From contig CAXXQS010000001.1 of NCBI GenBank assembly GCA_963674735.2, forward strand, positions 1,568,001 through 1,632,000: a DNA stretch of 64,000 nucleotides, in the 5' to 3' direction. The stretch is from Myxococcota bacterium. GTDB taxonomy: Bacteria; Myxococcota_A; SURF-8. Below are positions 1 to 8,937 of the stretch, piece after piece. The position numbers and the translations under genes were made by a program. Within the stretch, counting starts at the first letter, position 1; each line of letters opens with the position of its first letter. The notes below the pieces were generated by a model. That model was given only the letters and a program-made list of their open reading frames with translations. It had not been told where the DNA came from and made no database searches.

Positions 1-183
1 AACCAGCGGCGGCAGATGCCGATGAGCCGGATGCACGTCGCTCAGCGGCTGTCCCGCATAGGTATGACTGATCGCGTGCAGGTCGTTTACGTTCGGATGC
101 AGGCGCAGCCAGCGCAGCAACTCACCGCCCGCCATGCCGCCCGAACCGAGCACGCCCACGTTCAAGGATGCCGTCTGCTTCAT
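1..183 (-). CDS. argC: N-acetyl-gamma-glutamyl-phosphate reductase, N-terminal part (runs off the window edge)
   Basis: Not in the ORF track. Manual translation from the ATG at 183 gives MKQTASLNVGVLGSGGMAGGELLRWLRLHPNV...SHTYAGQPLSDVHP, matching the ArgC N-terminus (G.SG..GGELLR.L..HP ... S...AG.P..DVHP). It overlaps the upstream stop (ATGA). Confidence 0.8.
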   Translation of the reverse strand, partial: MKQTASLNVGVLGSGGMAGGELLRWLRLHPNVNDLHAISHTYAGQPLSDVHPAHRHLPPLV

Positions 184-1238
184 GATACCGCCCTCGCCAA
201 ATCGCCCTCAACCACATCCAGCAGCCGTTCGATGTCGTAGCGGGCATTGTGAGCCTTCAGCTTGAGCTGCCCGCGAATATAATCCTGTCCCACGCTGTTG
301 TCGGTGACCGGCCCCGCCACGGCGCTGATGGAAAGCTGGTAATCCTGCTCGAAAATCCGTTTCGCGCCGTAGATCGCCACCGGATCGGGGGCGCACATCA
401 CGTGCGAAACCGCCTTCGCCATAATCGCGCGGTCTTGCAGAATATCCTGTACGCCGTATTCTCCCAGAATACCGTCGCCGAGTTCCGCCACGATGAGATC
501 GGGTTTCAGACGCGACAGATGATTGAGAATTCCGCGCACGATGGGCAGAATCACGCCGCCGCGCGTCGAAACGGCTCCGGCATCGGTGAAGTCCGCCGCG
601 GCCATCGCTCCGGCATCGGTCATGGCCAGCGTGTCGCGCATGAGGCTGACGCCCGTGAGTTTGCAAGCGGCCACGCGCTTTCCGCGATTGCTGAGACCGC
701 GCACGATTTCGGCGGCGGCTACGGTTTTCCCGCTGTTCATACAGGTTCCCGCCACACACACGAGCGGCACGTCCAACTCCAGCTTTTCGGAGGGAATGAT
801 GGAGCGGCTGCGAATGCTGGCCGGACGGCCGATGCGGTCGCCGGTATCGGGAAACTCCAGCACCGCCCCCAGCACTTCGGCCTCGAAGGGCGAGCCCAAC
901 TCGGGGTTCTCGGCCGTGCACAGTCCCAACACACCACCCAGGTTGAGTACGTGCACACGGTCCCCGACCTTCAGCGATTCGGGCACGACCCCGGCATAGC
1001 CTTTCAGCGCGCGCCGGAAGCCAAGCACACCCGCCAAAGTGTCACCGGCATGCAGTTTGACCATACGTCCGGTGGTGTCTTCGATGGTATTGTATTGATA
1101 TTTGTTGTTCAGGATGCGCACGGCAACGATGCAGCCTTCCTGCGCGAGAATCTCTTCGCCGATGATGACTTCCTCGCTCAAGCCCGCATTGCGCGTGGCC
1201 GAAGCAACCCGATTGATCTGTATCCGTCTGACTGTCAT
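180..1238 (-). CDS. DUF1611-like P-loop protein
   Basis: Has AGTCMNSGKT (P-loop-like), CKLTG, DFTDAG and AELGDG motifs typical of the DUF1611 family. Likely start is the ATG at 1238; the ORF track extends to 1250. Confidence 0.65.
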   Translation of the reverse strand: MTVRRIQINRVASATRNAGLSEEVIIGEEILAQEGCIVAVRILNNKYQYNTIEDTTGRMVKLHAGDTLAGVLGFRRALKGYAGVVPESLKVGDRVHVLNLGGVLGLCTAENPELGSPFEAEVLGAVLEFPDTGDRIGRPASIRSRSIIPSEKLELDVPLVCVAGTCMNSGKTVAAAEIVRGLSNRGKRVAACKLTGVSLMRDTLAMTDAGAMAAADFTDAGAVSTRGGVILPIVRGILNHLSRLKPDLIVAELGDGILGEYGVQDILQDRAIMAKAVSHVMCAPDPVAIYGAKRIFEQDYQLSISAVAGPVTDNSVGQDYIRGQLKLKAHNARYDIERLLDVVEGDLARAVS

Positions 1239-1266
1239 GTTCGCTTCCACATCCGTTTATCTGATA

Positions 1267-1299
1267 TGCATTTTATGCACTACTACGCATGGTTATACG
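1267..1299. promoter_or_regulatory. Tandem ARG-box-like palindromes upstream of the DUF1611-argC operon
   Basis: TGCAT-TTT-ATGCA (1267-1279) and CGCAT-GGTT-ATACG (1286-1299) resemble TGMAT-N4-ATKCA. The first box is 1 nt short. Confidence 0.35.
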
Positions 1300-1751
1300 C
1301 CTAAGCGGTTGAATGTCAAGGTTTTTATTGAAAACCATCCCCCTTCTCGATCGACCGGAGTTCCGGCGGGGCGCATCACCCGATAGTCTCAGTCAATCAA
1401 GTCAGTTAAGATCGCCCATGAAATATAGTGTGTTTCGCTGCCCGGCCGATTCCGTGCAGCATCCGCTCCCCCCGTTGACACCTTATATATGCCGCCCACC
1501 ATACCGTGCTTCGTTCGGTTTTGTGAAGAAGATTTTGCGATTCATATTTATTCATTTCCTAACTTCACACTTCGGTCCGTTCCTGCTCATTACGGCAATT
1601 TTTCATTTTGACCCGGCTTCGATTACTCTCGCATCTTATGCTCCATGAACGTTTTGACCAAAACCCGGCTTCACTGGATCAAAATCCGATCCGGCTTCAC
1701 AAGCCGTTTTCAAATCGCACAGGATCCCGTTTTTCACCCCACCGCTACCAA

Positions 1752-1814
1752 ATGAAAAAGCCCGCCTGCCCGATAAACGTCGTATCGGGTCAAGCGGGCC
1801 GCTTTCATTTTTTC
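1752..1814. terminator. Intrinsic terminator (possibly bidirectional) downstream of the DUF1566 gene
   Basis: AAAAAGCCCGC..CCCGATA/TATCGGG..GCGGGC..TTTCATTTTTT inverted repeat with A/T tracts on both sides. Confidence 0.7.
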
Positions 1815-1864
1815 ATCTAGCTAATCTTGAAAACTCGTAAACCTAGAGCTCATGCCTCCGTTTA

Positions 1865-3514
1865 TTACTGAGGACCATTTTGCGGGACGCAGATGCCCTG
1901 CTGATCGCAAACGAGAACCTGATAGGGATTATCCGGGCAATCGCTATCCTGATTACAGGATGGAATGCAATATTTCCCTCCTTCCGGCGACTCACTGCAA
2001 ACACAGCCCAAAGCCGCGTCCGTTGGGCAGGCCTGCGCCGCCTCGCAATCCGATTGAGTGACGCAGGTGACGGGACCATCGGGCACGTCGCCATCAGGCG
2101 CATCGCCATCAGGCTCATCGCCATCGGGCACATCGCCATCAGGCATATCGCCATCAGGCGTGTCACCATCGGGCAAGTCGCCATCAGGCAAGTCGCCATT
2201 CGCGATTTGCAGGTCATCGCGGACGCAGCGAACGAAATTCAGAATGCGAATCGCATCGCCCTGCGGTCCGTTGCCTTGCGCATAATCATCGGGGTTGCCG
2301 GCTTTAGGATCACTGCGCTGCGCGCCCGCACCATGGACATCCATCCATTGCTCGTTCATGTAGCCCATCGCCCGACCAAACGCCACATAGGCCGCGTTGC
2401 CTCCCTCGCGTCCATCGACCGAGTTCGCATGCGTCGTCGCACTCCAGTAACACCCGAAATCGGCCTGTCCGGCTTCGTTGGTGATACCGGTGGTTTCGAA
2501 CAGCGGATCGATGGCAGCCGAATTCGTGGTACCGGGGCTGCGGCTGTAATCGACGAGGCTCTGCAACTCTTTCGCGTTGGGCAGTCGCCAATCGCTATTA
2601 TCGGCCAGCTCCAGCCCCTCGCAATAGATCAGTGCTTCCTCCCAATTCATGGTGGAAACGCTGTCCGCCTGCTGCCACATCAAGCCGGTCGCCGCGTCGC
2701 GGATCGTCCCATCGCCGTTGTCGCTGAAGTCGTTTTCGCCATACACCGCCTTGCCACGCACGAAAATCGCGTAGTACCCGCCGACCTGGCGAAACATGGT
2801 CGGATAACATTTAATTCGTCCATCCGCGAAATTGACCCCAAAGAAGCATTCCTCGCCGCCCATGACGGAATCGACGTAGATGCTGCTGGTCACCCACTGC
2901 GAATCGATCACCCGCTCGCCGTTGGCTGTATCCCCGTAGGAAAATGCGAAGGTTTCATCGTCGATAAACGGCGTCATATTGCCGCTTTCTTCGGCCATCG
3001 GATCGACATCGCGCCCCGAAAACAGAATCAGCGAGTAGAGTTCTTTAATGGTCGGCACGCGCCAATCGTCGTATCCGGCCAGGTTGAATTCTTCCACCGC
3101 CGCAATCGCATCGGCATACTGCATTTTGTCGCCCGGATCCTGCTGCCACATCAAGCCGGTCACGCGATCCGAAACCGTGCCGTCGCCGTTGTCTTGATAG
3201 CGCGGCGCAAAACCGGCATATTGGGCATCCTGCCCGAAAAAGGACTCGCCTTGCGCGGCGCAAACCATGGTAGAAGTAGTATTGAAGCATTTGCTTTGAC
3301 CCGTATCCACAACAGCGTAATCCAATTCCTCATAAAGCGCATCATCACCATCGGCCTCGTCCCCATCGGTCTCGTCCCCATCGGCGTTATCGCCATCCGG
3401 CGCATCCCCGTCGCTCGAATCGTCGTCGCGATCGTTGCACGCGACAAAAACAACGAACATTGCCATCAACAGTACAATCATCATCCAGTCAATTTTCCGT
3501 TCGGCACCTAGCAT
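1865..3514 (-). CDS. DUF1566 (Lcl C-terminal-like) domain lipoprotein with DGD repeats
   Basis: Lipobox-like VACND. Two copies of DNGDGT(V/I).D..TGLMWQQ...WR(V/L)P..KEL.SL. DGDxx repeats flank the core, and there is a Cys-rich C-terminal tail. Confidence 0.85.
   Translation of the reverse strand: MLGAERKIDWMMIVLLMAMFVVFVACNDRDDDSSDGDAPDGDNADGDETDGDEADGDDALYEELDYAVVDTGQSKCFNTTSTMVCAAQGESFFGQDAQYAGFAPRYQDNGDGTVSDRVTGLMWQQDPGDKMQYADAIAAVEEFNLAGYDDWRVPTIKELYSLILFSGRDVDPMAEESGNMTPFIDDETFAFSYGDTANGERVIDSQWVTSSIYVDSVMGGEECFFGVNFADGRIKCYPTMFRQVGGYYAIFVRGKAVYGENDFSDNGDGTIRDAATGLMWQQADSVSTMNWEEALIYCEGLELADNSDWRLPNAKELQSLVDYSRSPGTTNSAAIDPLFETTGITNEAGQADFGCYWSATTHANSVDGREGGNAAYVAFGRAMGYMNEQWMDVHGAGAQRSDPKAGNPDDYAQGNGPQGDAIRILNFVRCVRDDLQIANGDLPDGDLPDGDTPDGDMPDGDVPDGDEPDGDAPDGDVPDGPVTCVTQSDCEAAQACPTDAALGCVCSESPEGGKYCIPSCNQDSDCPDNPYQVLVCDQQGICVPQNGPQ
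2075..2200 (-). repeat. 15-bp coding tandem repeat (DGDxP, about 8 copies)
   Basis: Repeated TCGCCATC(A/G)GGC units encode NGDLP-DGDLP-DGDTP-DGDMP-DGDVP-DGDEP-DGDAP-DGDVP. Confidence 0.9.
3342..3413 (-). repeat. DGDxx coding repeat (about 5 copies)
   Basis: Encodes DGDAP-DGDNA-DGDET-DGDEA-DGDD just after the lipobox. Confidence 0.85.
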
Positions 3515-4255
3515 GTGTCTCCCCTTTCAAGTTGACAGCCACCTTAATCTAATCGTTCGAGCCGTCGTTCTTCACGAACAGACTTTCAACCCGATTTGTC
3601 TCAATCAAAGATCAAATATCCTCCTTCGCTTCTGCTCTTCTAATTTGAAGACGCTCCGCATACAAATTCATTACAAAGAAATACTTTTTTGGGTTCAGCT
3701 TGGGTCTTGCCCACTTACCATTCGGAAATATTCCGGCGCATACCCGCTGGTGCCGCTCCGCCTATGTAGCTGATATTTCTTATGTATTTCACCATTTTGC
3801 GTCCGTTTTCAGAGAGCAGGTACACGGCGACAGACTCAAACAGAAATATCATCTATTATTTCAGCAACTTACAAGCCAGTGACGACTGAGAAAATGTTTC
3901 TATTCATTATACTATTTTTAGTATTGCATTATTATCTTTCTATATGTTTTGTTTATTTTCTATTTGTCTTTACTCTGTGCAACATTTATTCAATTACATA
4001 TTGCCGTTATCTTATTGTTTTAATACAGGATTTACATTTTTTTCGGGCATTGAAGAATGAGCGATCTGTTATTTTGTCTTCTTATCTGATTATTACCAAT
4101 ACTGCACGTGTGACATAGTACGACCAATCGATATTCCCATCTGGTTACCGGGTATTAACCCCTGTTTTCCCCGCTTACGGCAAGGAATCGAACGCATTTC
4201 GCGTATTAACCGCCATAACGTCTTTCGAGCGCAGCGAGCGAAGAAAAAAGCACTT

Positions 4256-4285
4256 TTGACACTCGGGTGCTATATGACATTTAAT
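4256..4285 (+). promoter_or_regulatory. Putative sigma70 promoter
   Basis: TTGACA-N18-TTTAAT, with a GGAGG RBS before the ATG at 4344. Confidence 0.45.
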
Positions 4286-4343
4286 CTTAACATTTGCCCT
4301 CTCTCGCTATTTTTGATACGATTTACGCCACGGGAGGTGACAC

Positions 4344-6170
4344 ATGCGTTATCCGCACATTTCAATGTTGGGACTCGTTTTTTTATGCCTAGCCGGGTTG
4401 CTCCTGATTATAGGCTGCGACAGCGATGATGATATTGATAAAGGCCCCGACAGCAGCGACGACTGCGAGCGTGTCGAGGGATCGGCCGATAGCTGCGACC
4501 ACGCTTATTGTTCGTCCGACGGGCGTTCGGGCAGTCGCGATTCGATTGTCAGCTACGAGGGTGAACCTTGTGAAGGCGATAACACGTGCTGCTATGGGAC
4601 GTTCTGCGAGACGTTCTACTTCGACTGCGAGGACGACCAGATCTGCGTCAGCTCCGACGACGGCTTCAGCGCTCTCTGCCAACCGAAAGATTCCATTCTC
4701 GACGGCGACGACCCCGATGGCGATGATCCCGACGGCGACGCCCCGGACGGCGACGAGCCGGATGGCGATGAACCCGGCGCTTTGTTTCAAAATCCTCACG
4801 ACGGCCGCCTTTACGCCGCCGCCTATTCCTTTTACATCACTCCCGATGAAACAAATCACCCTTGTACGCAATTCTTAGGCGGCACGAGTTCCGACCGTCG
4901 CGCCGATGGCGTATTGGACGATCTCGAAGCGCGCGTTCTCGTTCTGGAACAAGACGGCGTACATGCCATTTTGGTGTCGCTGGATCTGGTGGGCTGGCTC
5001 ATATCCGATGTCGATAAAGTCTGGGACGCCTTGGAGGAACTCGGCGTCAACCGCAATGCGGTGATGATTTCCTCCACCCACACCCACGAAGCACCCGACA
5101 CCATCGGCGTGTGGGGTGAAAGCGAATTCAGCTCCGGCCGCTGCCCCGAATACGTCGACTATCTGGTCGAATCGCTGGTATTCATGGTTGAAATTCTATC
5201 ATCTCGAATGGTTCCCGTCACACTTTTGGCTGCCGAAGGCGTCATCGATGAGCCGAGCGCCAGCCACTCCAACCTGGTGGTCGATTCGCGTTATCCGCAC
5301 ATCACCAACGATCATCTGGCGGTCGCGAAACTGCTCACCGACGACGACGTCACGGTCGCAACAATCGTCAACTGGCATAACCATCCCGAAGCGTTTATCA
5401 ACTCAAGCGAATACACCGCCGATTTTCCGCGTTACACGCGCTGGAAAATGGAACACGAACTCGGCGGCACCTGCCTTTACTTCAGCGGCACGGTCGGCGG
5501 CCTGATGACGCCGCTGGGACTGACGATCCCCGCTCGCAATTACGGCGGTTATCCCGTTTGGGATGGCGTCGATGATCCGCATATGATCAGCGACACCGGC
5601 CCAGAGATGAGTGTCAGCCTGGGAATGCTTGTTGGGGAACACGCCCTGCGTATCCTCGAAAACGCCCAGCCGATAAGCGGTTCGCTACGCTTGGATTTCG
5701 AGCGCGTTCTTTTTCCCTTTGAAAATATTCTCTTCTCGATTGCCTTCGATATGGGCGTGATGGAAGCCTACGACGAATGGGTTTACGATGACGAGATCTG
5801 CGGATCGCTGGGCTGCATGCCGCAAAATCTCATGCATCTTCAACTGGGAACATTACACGTCGTAACCCTGCCGGGCGAAGTCTTCCCGGAAACCTCGGTC
5901 GGTCGCCCCGCCTCCAGCCACGATTTCGGCGGGGAATGGGGCGTCAAGGAATACGCCGCCATCGAAGGTTACCGCAGCCATCTTCCCGACGGCCACATCT
6001 TGTTTGAACTGGGCTTGGCCAACAACGAAATGGGTTATATCCTGCCGGAAGGCGACTACCAACCCAATGAACATCCCGGCTACTATGAAGAATATTTCTC
6101 GATTTCCAGTCAAACCGAAGCGCTCGTACGCGAGACTATCGGCGAGCTGCTCGACCGCTCCGAGCCGTAG
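4344..6170 (+). CDS. Lipoprotein with a neutral/alkaline ceramidase-like hydrolase domain
   Basis: Lipobox IIGCDS, Cys-rich N-terminus and DGD repeats, followed by LEARVLVL, STHTHEAPD, NWHNHPE, TLPGEVF and GYI motifs of the ceramidase-like family. Confidence 0.7.
   Translation: MRYPHISMLGLVFLCLAGLLLIIGCDSDDDIDKGPDSSDDCERVEGSADSCDHAYCSSDGRSGSRDSIVSYEGEPCEGDNTCCYGTFCETFYFDCEDDQICVSSDDGFSALCQPKDSILDGDDPDGDDPDGDAPDGDEPDGDEPGALFQNPHDGRLYAAAYSFYITPDETNHPCTQFLGGTSSDRRADGVLDDLEARVLVLEQDGVHAILVSLDLVGWLISDVDKVWDALEELGVNRNAVMISSTHTHEAPDTIGVWGESEFSSGRCPEYVDYLVESLVFMVEILSSRMVPVTLLAAEGVIDEPSASHSNLVVDSRYPHITNDHLAVAKLLTDDDVTVATIVNWHNHPEAFINSSEYTADFPRYTRWKMEHELGGTCLYFSGTVGGLMTPLGLTIPARNYGGYPVWDGVDDPHMISDTGPEMSVSLGMLVGEHALRILENAQPISGSLRLDFERVLFPFENILFSIAFDMGVMEAYDEWVYDDEICGSLGCMPQNLMHLQLGTLHVVTLPGEVFPETSVGRPASSHDFGGEWGVKEYAAIEGYRSHLPDGHILFELGLANNEMGYILPEGDYQPNEHPGYYEEYFSISSQTEALVRETIGELLDRSEP
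4701..4775 (+). repeat. 15-bp coding tandem repeat (DGDxP x5)
   Basis: GACGGCGACGACCCC-type units encode DGDDP-DGDDP-DGDAP-DGDEP-DGDEP. Confidence 0.9.
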
Positions 6171-6342
6171 CTAAACAAGGCGGACGCGCCAGCCGCCAAC
6201 CAGCGGTCGCGTCTCCTTGATTTTCGGCAATTCGTCCCACCCAAAACCAAGAACGTCTCCGCCAACGAATCCGCGTTCCTGGGCCACGGCGTTTCAATTC
6301 TAAGTTTTTGACCGTTTTCCACCTACTATAATTCGACTTACG

Positions 6343-6418
6343 GGGTGCCATGGGCCAAGCCTTTGGCTTGCCCATGCTGTTTTCACGGGCAAACCTGACG
6401 GTTTAGCCCGTGCCACCC
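6343..6418. repeat. REP-like double-hairpin intergenic element
   Basis: Outer arms GGGTGCCA...TGCCACCC enclose two similar hairpins, CATGGGC..GCCCATG and CACGGGC..GCCCGTG. Confidence 0.5.
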
Positions 6419-6577
6419 ATCATCAAGCGAAAATTATTCGAGGCTAAATCAAAATTGAAACACCCTAGTTCCTGGCCTGAACCATTTGATCGATCGAAAA
6501 TATTTATAACACTTGTAGACTTACCATTTGTTTTGATATAAAGTAGGCAAATTGGCAAGCATTGAAGGAATTTTTCC

Positions 6578-8929
6578 ATGAGCCCAGGTCGCTGCATCGT
6601 GGTTTTTACATGGAGCCTTCTGGTTTTTCTTTTGTTCACGCAAGAGAAAGCTTATGCGGAAGCTGTCATTCGTTTATCGGATACCGATACGAACGGGTTA
6701 CTTGTTTCCGATGTGGATTTCCTGCTCGATCCGGACAAAGCGCTCACCATCGCCGACGTCGTAACCTCGGCAGGTTCGTCTCGTTTTATTTCAACGGCTC
6801 CGATGTCGCCGAATCTCGGATTTCAACGCGGCAACACCTGGCTGCGCATGACGTTTGAAAATCAGTCGAAACAAAAGAAATGGGTATTTGGGTTGTCCAA
6901 CCCAAGTCTTGAACAGGTGGACTTTTTTACCCCCACACCCGACGGCCACTATCACGGCTTGATGAGCGGACTGTCTGTGCCGCTATCAAAGCGCCCGATG
7001 CACACGCGCGACCATTCCTTCCCTCTCACTCTCGACACCGGCGAGATAAAAACCGTTTACCTGCGCGTCTCGTCCTCCACCAGCCTGATCCTCGCGCCCT
7101 GGATCATGCCGCGCCCGTACTTCCGCGATTGGGAAAAAGGCATCATCGCCCTGCTGGCCATCATCGCGGGACTTCTCCTGGCGGTTGCGCTTTCCAATTT
7201 CATCTGGCTTTTGACTTTTCGGCAAGCGGGTTACATCCTGTTTGTGCTGTTCGATCTTTCGGTGGGCTTTTTCCTTGCCGCGAATTTCGGTTTGGCTCAT
7301 CTCTATCTTTGGCCGGAGTACCCGGCTCTCGCCATCGCGTCCTCTCCCTTTTTCGCTTCGATGGCTCTGTTAAGCGGAACCCTTTTCGCGCGTTCCTACA
7401 TCGACACCAAATCGCTTTTCCCCCGACTCGACCGTCTGTTTCCTCCTCTGGCCGCCCTATCCGGTTTTCTTGTTTTCTGGTCTCTCTTCCATCCGCCTAG
7501 CGCCAATATCCTTATCTCCGTTATCTCTCTTCTCATTATGACCGCCTCCATGGTTGGGTGCTATTTGCGCTTGCGCATGCCTCACGAAAAACGACGGATA
7601 TTTTGGGCCCTGATGTTGATCGGACTTTTGGGCGGACTATTGTTTGTCCTGATGACCTTCGGCCTGATTCCACTTAGTCCCATCACCCTAACCGTCGGAC
7701 CGCTCGGGTTTCTCCTGGCCACCCTCTTTCTGGTTTTTACCGTCGGCCATCGCTACATTTTCTATCAACGTCACTACTCGCAACTTTTCAACAGCGCCAA
7801 CGAAGCGATTTTCCTGCTCGACAGCCAGCTAGACGAGATTCTGGACGCAAACAAACAAGCCACCGATATGCTGGGTTATTCACATACGCAAATAATGCAA
7901 ACGGGCTTTCCGGATCTCGTCGATCAAGAAGACCCGAGCTGGCAGCGCTTCTACAAGCGGCGTCTGACAAATTCCTTTTGCGACGCTCAGCCGATCTTCC
8001 ATTCCTTCATATTCAAGACCCGAAAGGGTGCTTCATTTTTGGGTGAAGTCACGCTTCGCCGTCTCGGCAAGGATAGCCAATCGCCTCATCTGGTTGCCGT
8101 GCGGGACGTCACCGCCATGCGGGAGGCCGAAGACCGTCTGCGCCAGCAGCAGAAACTCGAATCCATCGGCACCCTGGCCAGCGGCGTCGCACACGAAATC
8201 AACAATCCGATCAACATCATCATGAATTACGGGCAACTCATTCTGGATACAAGCGAACCTAACTCCAACTCTTACGAATACGCTAATGAAGTGGTGAATG
8301 AATGCCACCGGGTGGCCAATATCGTGAAAAATCTACTGGCCTTTTCGAAGCCGGAGTATGAGGGCAGCCTGTCTCTGATCGATATGCGCGAGGTGGTGAC
8401 CAACACGCTGACCTTGATGCAGCGGTTGCTTAAAAAGGATCAGATCCTGATCAAGATCGAATGGCCCGCCGACCTGCCACGTGTGATGGGAAACGTTCAG
8501 CAGCTCAAGCAGGTGATCATGAATCTGCTCACCAATTCCCGCGATAGTCTCAATAGCCGTTACGCGAAATACGATCCCAACAAGCAGATCCGCATCTCAG
8601 CCGGTCTGCTCGACACCCAAGAACGGCCCGTTCTCAGATTGACGATCGAAGATTTCGGAATCGGCATCCCTCAACAGATGCAAAAGCGCGTTTTCGATCC
8701 GTTCTTTTCGACGAAAACTCCCAATCTGGGTACGGGGCTCGGCCTATCCATCAGCCATGGCATCATCACCGACCACGGAGGCGAGTTGCTGGTCGAAAGC
8801 GTGGCGGACCGATTCACACGATTCCATATTCAACTTCCGATCCCGATCGCCCACGATCAAGTCAGCGCCTTCGCTTCCGTTACGGCGGATGCCGATATGC
8901 AGCCGTCCCCGGCGCACGAAAGCGCCTGA
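6578..8929 (+). CDS. 7TM-DISM sensor, PAS-domain histidine kinase
   Basis: Signal peptide, extracellular DISMED2-like region (NLGF...WLR), about 7 TM helices, PAS, H-box GVAHEINNP, N-box QVIMNLLTN, and G boxes DFGIG / FDPFFSTK / GTGLGL. Confidence 0.9.
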   Translation: MSPGRCIVVFTWSLLVFLLFTQEKAYAEAVIRLSDTDTNGLLVSDVDFLLDPDKALTIADVVTSAGSSRFISTAPMSPNLGFQRGNTWLRMTFENQSKQKKWVFGLSNPSLEQVDFFTPTPDGHYHGLMSGLSVPLSKRPMHTRDHSFPLTLDTGEIKTVYLRVSSSTSLILAPWIMPRPYFRDWEKGIIALLAIIAGLLLAVALSNFIWLLTFRQAGYILFVLFDLSVGFFLAANFGLAHLYLWPEYPALAIASSPFFASMALLSGTLFARSYIDTKSLFPRLDRLFPPLAALSGFLVFWSLFHPPSANILISVISLLIMTASMVGCYLRLRMPHEKRRIFWALMLIGLLGGLLFVLMTFGLIPLSPITLTVGPLGFLLATLFLVFTVGHRYIFYQRHYSQLFNSANEAIFLLDSQLDEILDANKQATDMLGYSHTQIMQTGFPDLVDQEDPSWQRFYKRRLTNSFCDAQPIFHSFIFKTRKGASFLGEVTLRRLGKDSQSPHLVAVRDVTAMREAEDRLRQQQKLESIGTLASGVAHEINNPINIIMNYGQLILDTSEPNSNSYEYANEVVNECHRVANIVKNLLAFSKPEYEGSLSLIDMREVVTNTLTLMQRLLKKDQILIKIEWPADLPRVMGNVQQLKQVIMNLLTNSRDSLNSRYAKYDPNKQIRISAGLLDTQERPVLRLTIEDFGIGIPQQMQKRVFDPFFSTKTPNLGTGLGLSISHGIITDHGGELLVESVADRFTRFHIQLPIPIAHDQVSAFASVTADADMQPSPAHESA

Positions 8930-8937
8930 TTTCATTT

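Noticed and set aside
1880-3511. Long antisense ORFs (also 249-1304, 19576-20862, 33725-35011, 43106-44323, 54714-56048, 56184-57638, 60776-61990)
   Set aside because: They mirror well-supported genes on the opposite strand, as expected from GC-rich codon bias, and show no motifs.
3770-4118. AT-rich tract and 79-aa hydrophobic ORF (3879-4118) as a foreign insert or small membrane protein
   Set aside because: The hydrophobicity follows from T-richness, and there is no RBS or mobile-element ends. More likely a divergent promoter region.
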